Assembly: GCA_046754465.1 (NCBI GenBank)
Contig: JBHHVU010000046.1
Location: 1 to 25,539, forward strand
DNA from: Nitrospinaceae bacterium
Lineage (GTDB): Bacteria; Nitrospinota; Nitrospinia; Nitrospinales; VA-1
Reading direction: 5' to 3'
DNA length: 25,539 nt
The position numbers were made by a program, and so were the translations under genes. This document shows positions 8,600-18,278 of the stretch, piece after piece. Below the pieces are notes generated by a model that did not search any database, was not told where the DNA came from, and saw only the letters and a list, made by a program, of their open reading frames with translations. How positions within the stretch are numbered: position 1 is the first letter of the stretch; every line of letters begins with the position of its first letter.

Positions 8600-9133
8600 T
8601 CACATGCCCAGTTTTTGATGGTATTGGGCCTCGACCAACTTCGGTCCCTCGAGTTGGATTTGGTTGTGGACAACGGATAAAAGATAAGTCTTATCGGTAT
8701 GCAGCCGTTGGTTGAGGTTTTCAAAATAAACCATGACGGGCGCTGGGGGCCGATCTTTATCCGACGTCCCCGCGGTGATGATGAAATCCGCCTGGGCCAA
8801 AACGTCTCGGTATTTCCGTTTCATGTCCATTTTATAGGCGTTGTACCCCGGTATGGACTCCGCGCCCTGGTAGGAATTTCGATTCAATACCTTATAACCT
8901 ACTGGAATATAAATATTTGCAAAATAATCGGGACCCAGGGAATGGTGCACGATGGTTTCAACGTGCAGGTCCTTCACTTTTTCCTCGGAAGGGACCAAAT
9001 TCATTTTTATCATATAGGTCCGTTCGTGGAAATTCAGGTTTTCCAGAAAAACGATGCCGTAAAGGACATTGAATTTGAACTGTAAAAAAATTCCCAGACA
9101 AATCCAACCCAGATTTTTCCAAAATCGTTTCAC
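8600..9133 (-). CDS. Hypothetical protein with N-terminal membrane anchor
   Basis: 177-aa ORF, GTG start with upstream GGAG, hydrophobic N-terminus; first gene of the leftward run. Confidence 0.75.
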   Translation of the reverse strand: MKRFWKNLGWICLGIFLQFKFNVLYGIVFLENLNFHERTYMIKMNLVPSEEKVKDLHVETIVHHSLGPDYFANIYIPVGYKVLNRNSYQGAESIPGYNAYKMDMKRKYRDVLAQADFIITAGTSDKDRPPAPVMVYFENLNQRLHTDKTYLLSVVHNQIQLEGPKLVEAQYHQKLGM

Positions 9134-9247
9134 GTGTTTTGTCAGGCTCCTAAAAATCCCCGAAAAAGCCGTTTTATGGATAAGGGAACGGGTTCGCGAA
9201 TTCCCGTTAAACCTTTATAAAATAAGTCAGTTTTTCCTGGCCCGCTT

Positions 9248-9275
9248 ATTATAAACCAAAACCCCGCAAATGCAA
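9248..9275 (-). promoter_or_regulatory. Sigma70-type promoter for the leftward gene run
   Basis: Minus strand TTGCAT-16 nt-TATAAT. Confidence 0.5.
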
Positions 9276-9503
9276 TGGATGCCCATGGCCGGTTTGATAG
9301 GGAATGTTTGAAGGGAAGGGGAGCGGGGGACCTCTCTCGATTAACGGAGAATAAAACCGAGGGACGCTGATTTCCTCCTCTTTAAGAATCAGGGATCCCG
9401 AGGTCATCTATTTTAATTTACTGTAAATGATTATTTTAAGTATAGTTAACCCGGTTTTTACCAGTTTAATGCGGACATTTAACTAACTTTTCAAAATGTT
9501 ATG

Positions 9504-9532
9504 TTTACAATTTTACATTGATTGTGTAGGAT
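9504..9532 (+). promoter_or_regulatory. Sigma70-type promoter for chemoreceptor 1
   Basis: TTTACA-17 nt-TAGGAT in an AT-rich intergenic region. Confidence 0.4.
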
Positions 9533-9656
9533 AATCTTATTGGTTGAGATGATCGATACCACAAAACGGGGTTCCTCTTTACCGGAAGGAACCTTTTTCT
9601 ATCTCAACCTGATCCTTGAAAGAAATCCTGGAACTTTTTTTACCGGAGGGGTGAAG

Positions 9657-12110
9657 ATGGGCGAAGATGTTTTGAAAAAGCACATGGGGAAAATTTTGTT
9701 CTCCATCGTTGGTATCCTGGCAGTCTGTATTGCGTTCCTGATTGTTTACATATCCAAGGCGAGTTTGCGTAACACGATTGAATCCAGCAAATCCAACGCC
9801 ATCAATATCATCGATCAATACAAAACCCTGCGTGGTTATTATGTAAAAAACGTCATTAAAAAAGTAAAAGCGAACACCGATATCAAGATTTCCTACGATC
9901 ATAAGAAAATGGATGATGCTATTCCCCTGCCGGCGACTTTGATTCATGATATGAGCGAACTTTTGAGTGAAAAAGGGGATAAAAGCGTTCAACTGAGACT
10001 TTATAGCGAATACCCCTTCCCCAACCGGAAAAACCGGGTCCTGGACTCTTTCGCGAAGGATGCCCTGAATTTTTTCAAATCCAATCCCGACAAGTCGTTT
10101 GTCCGGGAGGAAGTGCTTCCGGATGGCCAAAATGTGGTGCGTGTCGCCGTCGCGGACCGGATGGTGGCCCAGGCCTGTGTGAACTGTCACAATTCCCGCA
10201 CGGACACGCCCAAGGACGATTGGAAATTGAATGACGTCCGCGGGGTTCTGGAGGTGATTTCACCGATCAGCGCCCAACTTCAGGCGAATGGTTCCATGTT
10301 GGACACCGTCATTGGAATCACCCTGTTTGCCGTGTTGCTCGTGGGTCTGTTGTGTGCGGGCATCTGGCTGTTCATGCGCTCCATGGTCAAATCCGAGACG
10401 GAAACTGCCAAAATCGTTTCCATGATGGAAAATACGCCCATCGGCGCTATTTTTGCGGATCGTGACTTAAAAATTCAATTTATGAATGAAGCTTCCAATA
10501 AAATCCTTCAGAAAATTGAAGCGCACCTGCCGGTGGGGGCCGGAGATGTCCTGGGACAATCCATCGATATTTTCCACAAGAATCCGGAATCCCAGCGCCG
10601 GTTGCTGTCTGATCCAGCCAACCTGCCCCACCAGTCTCTGATTCATGTTGGGCCTGAAGTCCTGGACCTGACTGTCAGCGCCGTTTACGATCAAAACCAC
10701 AATTACCTGGGACCGATGATCTCCTGGGAAATTGTGACGGAAAAGGTCCAGTCAGAAACCCGGATGGCCCTGGTGGCGGGGATGGTGGAAAACAACCCCT
10801 CCAACATGATGTACGCCGACAAGGATCTCAACCTGCAATACATCAACCCGGCGGGAATCAAGGTTCTCAATGGTCTGCGGCAATATCTGAAGGTGTCGAC
10901 GGATAATTATGCCGGGCAATCCATCGATATCTTCCACAACAATCCGTCCCAAGTACGGAAGATTCTGTCCGACCCGGCCAATCTGCCTCACCACGCCAAG
11001 GTCCAGATTGGTCCGGAAACCCTGGAGCTTCTGGTCACCGGGATTTATGACAAGGGCAAGAACTATCTGGGTCCCATGGTCACGTGGGAGGTGGTCACCG
11101 AGAAGATCGCCAACGAGAAACGGGTTCAGGAGCTGGCGGAGCGGGACCAGCGGCAGGCGCGTGACCTTCAGGAGAAGGTGGACAGCATGCTGGAGGTGGT
11201 CAGCGGCGCGGCGGAAGGGGACCTGACACGAGATGTCACCATAAGCGGCGACGACGCGATTGGCAAGATGGGCCAGGGGCTGTCGCGTTTTGTCCGGGAT
11301 CTTCGCAAGAACATCTCCGAGATCGCGGGGACGGCGCAGACGCTTGGCAGTTCGTCGGAGGAGCTGTCGTCGGTCAGCCAGACGATGGCGGGGAGCGCTG
11401 AAGAGACCTCGGCGCAGGCGAACGTGGTTTCCGCGGCATCGGAGCAGATCACGAAGAATGTGCAAACGGTGGCCACGGGCGCGGAGGAGATGAGCGCGAG
11501 CATCAAGGAGATCGCGCAGAACGCCAACGAGGCGGCCAAGGTGGCGGAATCGGCGGTCAGTATGGCCGAGTCGACCAACCAGACGGTGGCCAAGCTGGGC
11601 GACAGCAGCGCGGAGATCGGCCAGGTGATCAAGGTGATCACTTCCATCGCGGAGCAGACGAACCTTCTGGCGTTGAACGCGACGATCGAGGCGGCGCGGG
11701 CCGGCGAGGCGGGGAAGGGGTTCGCGGTGGTGGCCAACGAGGTGAAGGAGTTGGCCAATCAGACGGCCAAGGCCACGGAGGACATCAGCCAGAAGATCGA
11801 GGCGATCCAGTCGGATACGCACAGTTCGGTGGATGCGATCGGCAAGATCAGCGCGGTCATCAACAAGATCAACGATATCGCCAACACGATCGCCAGCGCG
11901 GTGGAGGAGCAGACGGCGACGACGGCGGAGATCGGCCGCAACGTTTCGGAGACAGCGCGGGGCAGCGCGGAGATATCCAACAATATTTCCGGCGTGGCCC
12001 AGGCGGCGCAGGAGACGTCATCGGGGGTGGGTCAAACCCAGGAGGCGGCCAACGAACTGTCCCGCATGGCCTCCAATCTGCAAACCCTCGTCAGCCGCTT
12101 TAAATACTGA
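9657..12110 (+). CDS. Methyl-accepting chemotaxis protein 1: TM - periplasmic c-heme (Tll0287/DUF3365-like) - TM - 2x Aer2-like PAS - HAMP - signalling domain
   Basis: GGAGG RBS before ATG 9657; PLPAT...RLYSEYPF...ACVNCHN...DVRGVLEV; two [11 protein letters not shown] repeats; [37 protein letters not shown] hairpin tip. Confidence 0.93.
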   Translation: MGEDVLKKHMGKILFSIVGILAVCIAFLIVYISKASLRNTIESSKSNAINIIDQYKTLRGYYVKNVIKKVKANTDIKISYDHKKMDDAIPLPATLIHDMSELLSEKGDKSVQLRLYSEYPFPNRKNRVLDSFAKDALNFFKSNPDKSFVREEVLPDGQNVVRVAVADRMVAQACVNCHNSRTDTPKDDWKLNDVRGVLEVISPISAQLQANGSMLDTVIGITLFAVLLVGLLCAGIWLFMRSMVKSETETAKIVSMMENTPIGAIFADRDLKIQFMNEASNKILQKIEAHLPVGAGDVLGQSIDIFHKNPESQRRLLSDPANLPHQSLIHVGPEVLDLTVSAVYDQNHNYLGPMISWEIVTEKVQSETRMALVAGMVENNPSNMMYADKDLNLQYINPAGIKVLNGLRQYLKVSTDNYAGQSIDIFHNNPSQVRKILSDPANLPHHAKVQIGPETLELLVTGIYDKGKNYLGPMVTWEVVTEKIANEKRVQELAERDQRQARDLQEKVDSMLEVVSGAAEGDLTRDVTISGDDAIGKMGQGLSRFVRDLRKNISEIAGTAQTLGSSSEELSSVSQTMAGSAEETSAQANVVSAASEQITKNVQTVATGAEEMSASIKEIAQNANEAAKVAESAVSMAESTNQTVAKLGDSSAEIGQVIKVITSIAEQTNLLALNATIEAARAGEAGKGFAVVANEVKELANQTAKATEDISQKIEAIQSDTHSSVDAIGKISAVINKINDIANTIASAVEEQTATTAEIGRNVSETARGSAEISNNISGVAQAAQETSSGVGQTQEAANELSRMASNLQTLVSRFKY

Positions 12111-12199
12111 GGCGGTTCCCCAGACCCGCGGAAAGTTGCGGGGCTTTTGGGGGATCGGCCTGGAACCCAATATCCGCCTGCCTGGAAAGGGCAGGCGGT
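10764..12199 (+). repeat. Direct repeat copy 1 (1436 bp), apparently identical to 16034-17469
   Basis: Constant offset of 5270 bp; the main and alternate-frame translations in the ORF track are identical between copies; no mismatch seen by eye. Confidence 0.92.
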
Positions 12200-12730
12200 G
12201 GGTCGGTTCCAAATAAGGAAAAGGATTTAGGGGAGCTCTCTTAAGGTCGAATTTCAAGGCTTCACGGAATTGATTTCTAGAAAGGTTCCTCGATTCAAAA
12301 TTTCCTGGCATTTAAAAATTTTCAGGTTCCGGCCCCTCGAATTTTAATATTATTTTTCAACGGAGGCCCTTTCGGATGAAAATCATTAGGATTTAAATTT
12401 CAATCAGTTCAATTTCACAACCGCATGGGGAGAAGGGTGTCCAGCGGCTGGCGGTAAAAAAATTCTAATCCGAATCAGAATATTCCTGTTACAATTTATC
12501 CGGAAAAGGATATTTCGAATTTCTCCATGATCATGACTTCCTGATGAGAGCCAAATTACATCACCCATGAATATCACGTTTCCCAGGATTAATATGGAGT
12601 TTTAACTGGTTGAGGGAGGGATGTGAAAGAAATTGGGAGGGGAGATATTCCTGGAATTTTCCCATTCCATCGGTTTAGGTAGAGGTTTTACCATCCTTCC
12701 AAATTACCCACCTAACCATGAGGAGGAGAC

Positions 12731-13504
12731 ATGATTCAAAGAACGGTTGTATTCAAATATTTCTCGGGATGTTTCTTGTCAATTCTATTGGTGAGCCTGT
12801 TTTTCGCGGGAAACGCGGTTGCCGCGTTATCCGATGATCAAAAAAAGGAAGTCGGAACGGAAGTCACCTCGCTCTATCGCGCGGCGCGCGGGGTGATCGC
12901 TAAAAACCAGAAATTGATCAACGATGCCAGTAAGGGAGATAAGGGGTTGACCGCGGATAAAGTTATCGCCGCCGCCAAGGCGAATTACAAGGCGGCGACG
13001 GGAAAAGATTTCAAATTGGCGCCTAAATCCACCCTGAAAGGGCAGACCCAGGCCGCTCTTTTGGCGGCCATCAAGGAAGTGATGGATAACGGGCAACCGG
13101 TGATCAATGAAAAAGGCAAGGGATTCAAGGGATTCCTGCCCGCCATTTTTGCCAAGCAGATGGGGGATGTCTTTAACAAGAACATGGGGGGCAAGGCTTA
13201 TATCAAGCTCACCGCTCCAAAGAATTATGTGCGTAACCGCGCGAACCGGCCCGATAAATGGGAGAACGATGTTATAGAAAATCAATTTAAAAAGCCGGGA
13301 TATGAAAAAAATAAAGTCTTTGTTGCAAATGCAAAGCATAAGGGGCGCCCGGCTTTTCGCCTTATTCTTCCGGAATATTATAAAAAAGCCTGCCTGAATT
13401 GTCATGGCGAACCCAAGGGCGCAAAGGATATCACCGGAGGGAAAAAAGAAGGGGGAAAACTGGGTGAACTGGGAGGCGCCATCAGCTTTGTGGTTTATGA
13501 TTAA
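12731..13504 (+). CDS. Secreted c-type heme protein, Tll0287/DUF3365-like
   Basis: GAGGAGG RBS, signal peptide (AVA-A), GFLPAIFA...RNRANRPDKWE...ACLNCHG...GELGGAISF; single CxxCH. Confidence 0.85.
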   Translation: MIQRTVVFKYFSGCFLSILLVSLFFAGNAVAALSDDQKKEVGTEVTSLYRAARGVIAKNQKLINDASKGDKGLTADKVIAAAKANYKAATGKDFKLAPKSTLKGQTQAALLAAIKEVMDNGQPVINEKGKGFKGFLPAIFAKQMGDVFNKNMGGKAYIKLTAPKNYVRNRANRPDKWENDVIENQFKKPGYEKNKVFVANAKHKGRPAFRLILPEYYKKACLNCHGEPKGAKDITGGKKEGGKLGELGGAISFVVYD

Positions 13505-13571
13505 GCTTGCCACCGGAGGCCTCCGTTAGTTTGGCAGGTCCACCTTGAAAAAGAAACTTCCTTCAAATTTA

Positions 13572-13602
13572 AAAAGGCTCCGGCCCTTCGCCGGGGCCTT
13601 TT
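13572..13602 (+). terminator. Intrinsic terminator after the heme protein gene
   Basis: AAAAGGCTCCGG-CCCTTCG-CCGGGGCCTTTT stem-loop followed by T-rich bases. Confidence 0.65.
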
Positions 13603-13639
13603 GCTTTGGGGCCAATGGGGTTTCGTGGCTATCCGAAAA

Positions 13640-14431
13640 ATGAATTTTAAAAGAACCGTCTTCTTTTTTGTTCTGGCGATTCAGGTCCTGGATTTCCCGG
13701 GGTTTTATTTCTCCAATCCGAAAGCGAGCCCCTTGGACCTTCAAATCGCCTCGAGATCAGGCGTTCGTCATGCCGGGAACAATAAAATGACGGAAAGAGA
13801 AGGGATGGTGCGTGTCCCGGCGGCTTGTTTTGAAATGGGCAGTGAAATTTACGTGGTCGAGGAACCTCCGCATGAAGTGTGCCTGGATGCATATTTTATC
13901 GGCCGTTATGAAACCACTCAAAAACTTTTCGAACAGACGATGGGATTCAACCCATCGAGGCATCGGGGAGACCGTTTGCCGGTGGAAAATGTGACCTGGA
14001 TGGAGGCGCGGACATTCTGTGAAAAATCCGGGTTACGTCTGCCTGCAGAGGCGGAATGGGAATATGCCGCGGCCTTGGGAAAAATGGATGTATTTTATTG
14101 GGGGGCTGGGATTGAAGACTCACAGGCCTGGTTCCAAAAAAATTCCGCGAACCAGACCCATCCCGTGGGCCAAAAACAACCCAACCGTTTGGGATTGTTC
14201 GACATGTACGGCAATGTCTGGGAATGGGTCGCCGATTGGTTTGGAGTGGAATATTATGAAAAAAGTCCGCACCAAAATCCCAAGGGTCCCCCGCGGGGTC
14301 AAAACAGGGTTCTGAGGGGAGGGTCCTTTGAAGATCTTCCCTTCCTCTTGAGAACCACCTACCGTTTTTGGTACCCCCCCGGCATGCGAAATCCTAACCT
14401 GGGATTCCGCTGTGCGGCAGATGCTTCTTGA
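13640..14431 (+). CDS. FGE-sulfatase (SUMF1-like) domain protein, probably secreted and non-catalytic
   Basis: FEMGS...PPHEV...PVENVTW..A..FC...RLPAEAEWEYAA...NRLGLFDMYGNVWEW...RGGSF...LGFRC; the FGE catalytic Cys pair after RGGSF is absent. Start uncertain. Confidence 0.88.
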   Translation: MNFKRTVFFFVLAIQVLDFPGFYFSNPKASPLDLQIASRSGVRHAGNNKMTEREGMVRVPAACFEMGSEIYVVEEPPHEVCLDAYFIGRYETTQKLFEQTMGFNPSRHRGDRLPVENVTWMEARTFCEKSGLRLPAEAEWEYAAALGKMDVFYWGAGIEDSQAWFQKNSANQTHPVGQKQPNRLGLFDMYGNVWEWVADWFGVEYYEKSPHQNPKGPPRGQNRVLRGGSFEDLPFLLRTTYRFWYPPGMRNPNLGFRCAADAS

Positions 14432-14449
14432 ACCCAAGAGGAAACCGCC

Positions 14450-14791
14450 ATGAAATCCCCGCGACTATCCGTAGCCTGCATTTTTCTTTGGATGTTTTTT
14501 GTGAAACCGGGACACGCGCAGACCGTGGAAATTGATATCATTAAATCCAAATTCGTGCCTCCGGTCGTCCGAATTAAACAAGGGGACACGGTTCGGTTCG
14601 TGAATAAAGAAAATCTTTTGCACACCGTGACCAGCGGAAAAGCGCCTGTTCAAAATGACAGGTTCCATTCCGGTTTTCTTATCCTGGACATGAAGTTTGA
14701 AACTACCCTCCAAAAACCCGGCGTGATCGATTATTTTTGTCTGATCCATAGCCATACGATGCGCGGCACGCTGATAGTGGAGAAAAAATAA
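14450..14791 (+). CDS. Secreted cupredoxin (plastocyanin/amicyanin-like)
   Basis: Signal peptide, FVP..V.IKQGDTVRFVN...HTVT and YFCLIHSHTMRG give a complete His/Cys/His/Met type-1 Cu ligand set. Confidence 0.88.
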   Translation: MKSPRLSVACIFLWMFFVKPGHAQTVEIDIIKSKFVPPVVRIKQGDTVRFVNKENLLHTVTSGKAPVQNDRFHSGFLILDMKFETTLQKPGVIDYFCLIHSHTMRGTLIVEKK

Positions 14792-14903
14792 CCGATTTTA
14801 CCTCCGCGTTCCCGATTTTTTGTGCCATTTCCCGGGCTTTTCGGTTTGATATAAATCTATTCCCCTCCCGGTTGTAAAATCCGCCCAAAAATCACGCTTT
14901 ATC

Positions 14904-14932
14904 TTTACTTCACAATAAGATAGAGTTACACT
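14904..14932 (+). promoter_or_regulatory. Sigma70-type promoter for chemoreceptor 2
   Basis: TTTACT-17 nt-TACACT, overlapped by a TATCTT-N11-AAGATA inverted repeat (14900-14922). Confidence 0.4.
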
Positions 14933-15151
14933 AGGATTCAGGGTTAATGGAAAATCATTTCTGGGGCCGGCGGCGCTGTATCGTTAAAAAGCTGTGAAAT
15001 AATTGGTTTTTAATAAACGCAAGTTCCGGATCCGTCAGCCGAGTTCCAAAATACAAATGCATCTGAATTGGAAATAGGAAGGAATTTCAGATGATATGAA
15101 GACTTGAAAGAGATTTTTTCTCTTGGCAAGGAACCATGGGAGACTCCATTT

Positions 15152-17380
15152 ATGAAGCGTCTTGGACTGAAAATTGGTGGCAAAATTTTATTGTTAAATG
15201 GCCTCATCATGGCCCTGATGGCGGGGTCCCTTCTGTATATTTACAGCGAACTTGGAAAAGCCACAAACGTCATTGAAGAGCAAAAAAATACCTTGTTCGG
15301 GCTGGAAAAAGTGGTTGCCATGTCCGATGCCTTTTCTGAATTGCGTTATTGGATGACGGATTTGGCTCTGAGTTGGCAGAACGATTCCGAAACCAATGCC
15401 ATGGCCGCGAAAGAGAAACTGGAAGCACTGTTTTCTTCCCTGGAGGAAGCGCACCCGGAACTCATAAAATCCCTGAGGCCGCAGGTGGATTCCTTCGTGG
15501 ATACCCTGATGAAATCGGTGGATTCCTACATTGATGAGAACCGGGTACTGGGAAATTCATTGGTCGCGGAAGGACGAAATGATTCCACGTTCATCGATTC
15601 AAAATTGAAGGAACTGTTGTTGAATTCACAAACCATGGCCAATGAAGCAGGAAAACAGGTGATAGAGGAAAATCAGAATCTGCGTCATTTGTCGATCGTT
15701 CTGATTATAGCCGCCACCCTGTTTGGGATCATCATATCCCTGTTATTTTCAAAATCCATCACCAAACCCCTGCATGCGCTCCTGGTTTCCATGGAAGGGA
15801 TTGCCATGGGAGATTTGAAACAAGAGAAACTCAAGGTAAAATCCCAGGACGAAATCGGTATCCTCTCAAAAACCTACAACACCATGCTGGATTCCATGCG
15901 GCAAATCATATCGAAGGCCGAGGATATCGCGGTTGGCAAATTCGACAAGCAATATGATCTGAAAGGGGACCTGGCGGATGCATTTGATAAAATGACCCGG
16001 GAACTCGAAGATAAACAGAAAAATGATGAGAAAATGGCCCTGGTGGCGGGGATGGTGGAAAACAACCCCTCCAACATGATGTACGCCGACAAGGATCTCA
16101 ACCTGCAATACATCAACCCGGCGGGAATCAAGGTTCTCAATGGTCTGCGGCAATATCTGAAGGTGTCGACGGATAATTATGCCGGGCAATCCATCGATAT
16201 CTTCCACAACAATCCGTCCCAAGTACGGAAGATTCTGTCCGACCCGGCCAATCTGCCTCACCACGCCAAGGTCCAGATTGGTCCGGAAACCCTGGAGCTT
16301 CTGGTCACCGGGATTTATGACAAGGGCAAGAACTATCTGGGTCCCATGGTCACGTGGGAGGTGGTCACCGAGAAGATCGCCAACGAGAAACGGGTTCAGG
16401 AGCTGGCGGAGCGGGACCAGCGGCAGGCGCGTGACCTTCAGGAGAAGGTGGACAGCATGCTGGAGGTGGTCAGCGGCGCGGCGGAAGGGGACCTGACACG
16501 AGATGTCACCATAAGCGGCGACGACGCGATTGGCAAGATGGGCCAGGGGCTGTCGCGTTTTGTCCGGGATCTTCGCAAGAACATCTCCGAGATCGCGGGG
16601 ACGGCGCAGACGCTTGGCAGTTCGTCGGAGGAGCTGTCGTCGGTCAGCCAGACGATGGCGGGGAGCGCTGAAGAGACCTCGGCGCAGGCGAACGTGGTTT
16701 CCGCGGCATCGGAGCAGATCACGAAGAATGTGCAAACGGTGGCCACGGGCGCGGAGGAGATGAGCGCGAGCATCAAGGAGATCGCGCAGAACGCCAACGA
16801 GGCGGCCAAGGTGGCGGAATCGGCGGTCAGTATGGCCGAGTCGACCAACCAGACGGTGGCCAAGCTGGGCGACAGCAGCGCGGAGATCGGCCAGGTGATC
16901 AAGGTGATCACTTCCATCGCGGAGCAGACGAACCTTCTGGCGTTGAACGCGACGATCGAGGCGGCGCGGGCCGGCGAGGCGGGGAAGGGGTTCGCGGTGG
17001 TGGCCAACGAGGTGAAGGAGTTGGCCAATCAGACGGCCAAGGCCACGGAGGACATCAGCCAGAAGATCGAGGCGATCCAGTCGGATACGCACAGTTCGGT
17101 GGATGCGATCGGCAAGATCAGCGCGGTCATCAACAAGATCAACGATATCGCCAACACGATCGCCAGCGCGGTGGAGGAGCAGACGGCGACGACGGCGGAG
17201 ATCGGCCGCAACGTTTCGGAGACAGCGCGGGGCAGCGCGGAGATATCCAACAATATTTCCGGCGTGGCCCAGGCGGCGCAGGAGACGTCATCGGGGGTGG
17301 GTCAAACCCAGGAGGCGGCCAACGAACTGTCCCGCATGGCCTCCAATCTGCAAACCCTCGTCAGCCGCTTTAAATACTGA
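15152..17380 (+). CDS. Methyl-accepting chemotaxis protein 2: TM - helical periplasmic sensor - TM - HAMP(s) - Aer2-like PAS - HAMP - signalling domain
   Basis: GGAG upstream of ATG 15152; two TM segments; ITKPL...GDL...DEIGIL HAMP; C-terminal 448 aa identical to MCP1. Confidence 0.93.
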   Translation: MKRLGLKIGGKILLLNGLIMALMAGSLLYIYSELGKATNVIEEQKNTLFGLEKVVAMSDAFSELRYWMTDLALSWQNDSETNAMAAKEKLEALFSSLEEAHPELIKSLRPQVDSFVDTLMKSVDSYIDENRVLGNSLVAEGRNDSTFIDSKLKELLLNSQTMANEAGKQVIEENQNLRHLSIVLIIAATLFGIIISLLFSKSITKPLHALLVSMEGIAMGDLKQEKLKVKSQDEIGILSKTYNTMLDSMRQIISKAEDIAVGKFDKQYDLKGDLADAFDKMTRELEDKQKNDEKMALVAGMVENNPSNMMYADKDLNLQYINPAGIKVLNGLRQYLKVSTDNYAGQSIDIFHNNPSQVRKILSDPANLPHHAKVQIGPETLELLVTGIYDKGKNYLGPMVTWEVVTEKIANEKRVQELAERDQRQARDLQEKVDSMLEVVSGAAEGDLTRDVTISGDDAIGKMGQGLSRFVRDLRKNISEIAGTAQTLGSSSEELSSVSQTMAGSAEETSAQANVVSAASEQITKNVQTVATGAEEMSASIKEIAQNANEAAKVAESAVSMAESTNQTVAKLGDSSAEIGQVIKVITSIAEQTNLLALNATIEAARAGEAGKGFAVVANEVKELANQTAKATEDISQKIEAIQSDTHSSVDAIGKISAVINKINDIANTIASAVEEQTATTAEIGRNVSETARGSAEISNNISGVAQAAQETSSGVGQTQEAANELSRMASNLQTLVSRFKY

Positions 17381-17469
17381 GGCGGTTCCCCAGACCCGCG
17401 GAAAGTTGCGGGGCTTTTGGGGGATCGGCCTGGAACCCAATATCCGCCTGCCTGGAAAGGGCAGGCGGT
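16034..17469 (+). repeat. Direct repeat copy 2 (1436 bp)
   Basis: Begins at ATGGCCCTGGTGGCG and ends at GGCAGGCGGT, like copy 1. Confidence 0.92.
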
Positions 17470-17476
17470 TTTTTTT
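17444..17476 (+). terminator. Intrinsic terminator after MCP2
   Basis: CCGCCTGCC-TGGAAAG-GGCAGGCGG followed by T8. Confidence 0.85.
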
Positions 17477-17589
17477 GTGTGACCGGACCTTTCCAATTAA
17501 AAATATGATTCGTGCCATGGTGGGATGGCAGTCCCGATTTTCAATTGCTCCTATTCAAGGGGAGTAATTAGGGGTGCCATGGATACGGC

Positions 17590-17618
17590 TTGTCTCGCTT
17601 CCGATAATTTAATACACT
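17590..17618 (+). promoter_or_regulatory. Sigma70-type promoter for the tmk operon
   Basis: TTGTCT-17 nt-TACACT about 40 nt upstream of the start. Confidence 0.5.
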
Positions 17619-17660
17619 GATTTTCCCGGCCTACCGCAAATAGTTTAAAATGAGGGGAGT

Positions 17661-18275
17661 TTGAAACTTGACAGGGGATATTTGATCGTTTTTGAAGGCA
17701 TCGACGGCACCGGAAAAAGCACCCATTGCCGGATGTTAGGAGAGCACCTGGAAAGCCGGGGAATTTCCGTGTCGCGGTTCTTCGAACCCACCCGGGGTCA
17801 TTGGGGAATGAAAATCAGAAAACTCCTTGTGGAGGGGAGGGACGATACCTCTCCCCGGGAGGAGTTGTCCTGGTTTATCAATGACCGGAAAGAGGATGTG
17901 GAGAAAAATATCCTCCCCGCCTTGGCGCGGAAAAATGTGGTTCTGATGGACCGGTATTATTATTCCACCGCGGCGTACCAGGGGGCGCTGGGAATTGATC
18001 CGATGGAGATAATAAGAAAAAATGAGGCGTTCGCGCCAAAACCTGATCTCGTGTTCCTGTTTACCACCTCCCCGGAAAAATGCCTGGCGAGAATCCAGCA
18101 ATCACGCGGAGAACGCACGGCCTTCGAAAAGTTGGACTATCTTGAGAGGGTGCAGCGTATTTTTGAATCGTTTGCCGATCCTGTTATTCGGAGGATCGAC
18201 AGCGGTCCGCCACCGGATTCGGTCCAGGCTCGGCTCCGACGCGTGGTGGATGATATGATTTCCCGCCGGGATTGA
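17661..18275 (+). CDS. tmk: Thymidylate kinase
   Basis: IVFEGIDGTGKST P-loop, EPT and MDRYYYSTAAYQG motifs. Confidence 0.95.
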   Translation: MKLDRGYLIVFEGIDGTGKSTHCRMLGEHLESRGISVSRFFEPTRGHWGMKIRKLLVEGRDDTSPREELSWFINDRKEDVEKNILPALARKNVVLMDRYYYSTAAYQGALGIDPMEIIRKNEAFAPKPDLVFLFTTSPEKCLARIQQSRGERTAFEKLDYLERVQRIFESFADPVIRRIDSGPPPDSVQARLRRVVDDMISRRD

Positions 18276-18278
18276 CCC

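Noticed and set aside
9522..9656. Extended N-terminus of MCP1 from the ORF track (likewise starts at 23091, 18830, 20026, 15104)
   Set aside because: Downstream ATGs have better RBSs, stop-codon coupling or family-typical N-termini; the 9522 and 23091 starts also overlap predicted promoters.
10752..11822. 356-aa antisense ORF (and its 408-aa twin at 15866-17092)
   Set aside because: Arg/Leu/His-rich shadow frame produced by the biased codons of the MCP on the opposite strand; no RBS or domain motifs.
13640..14431. FGE/CLec-fold protein as a diversity-generating retroelement target or an active formylglycine enzyme
   Set aside because: No reverse transcriptase, no template repeat of its 3' end, no catalytic Cys pair and no sulfatase in the window.
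10764..17469. Direct repeats as IS elements or a composite transposon
   Set aside because: The repeat encodes chemoreceptor domains; there is no transposase, terminal inverted repeat or target-site duplication.
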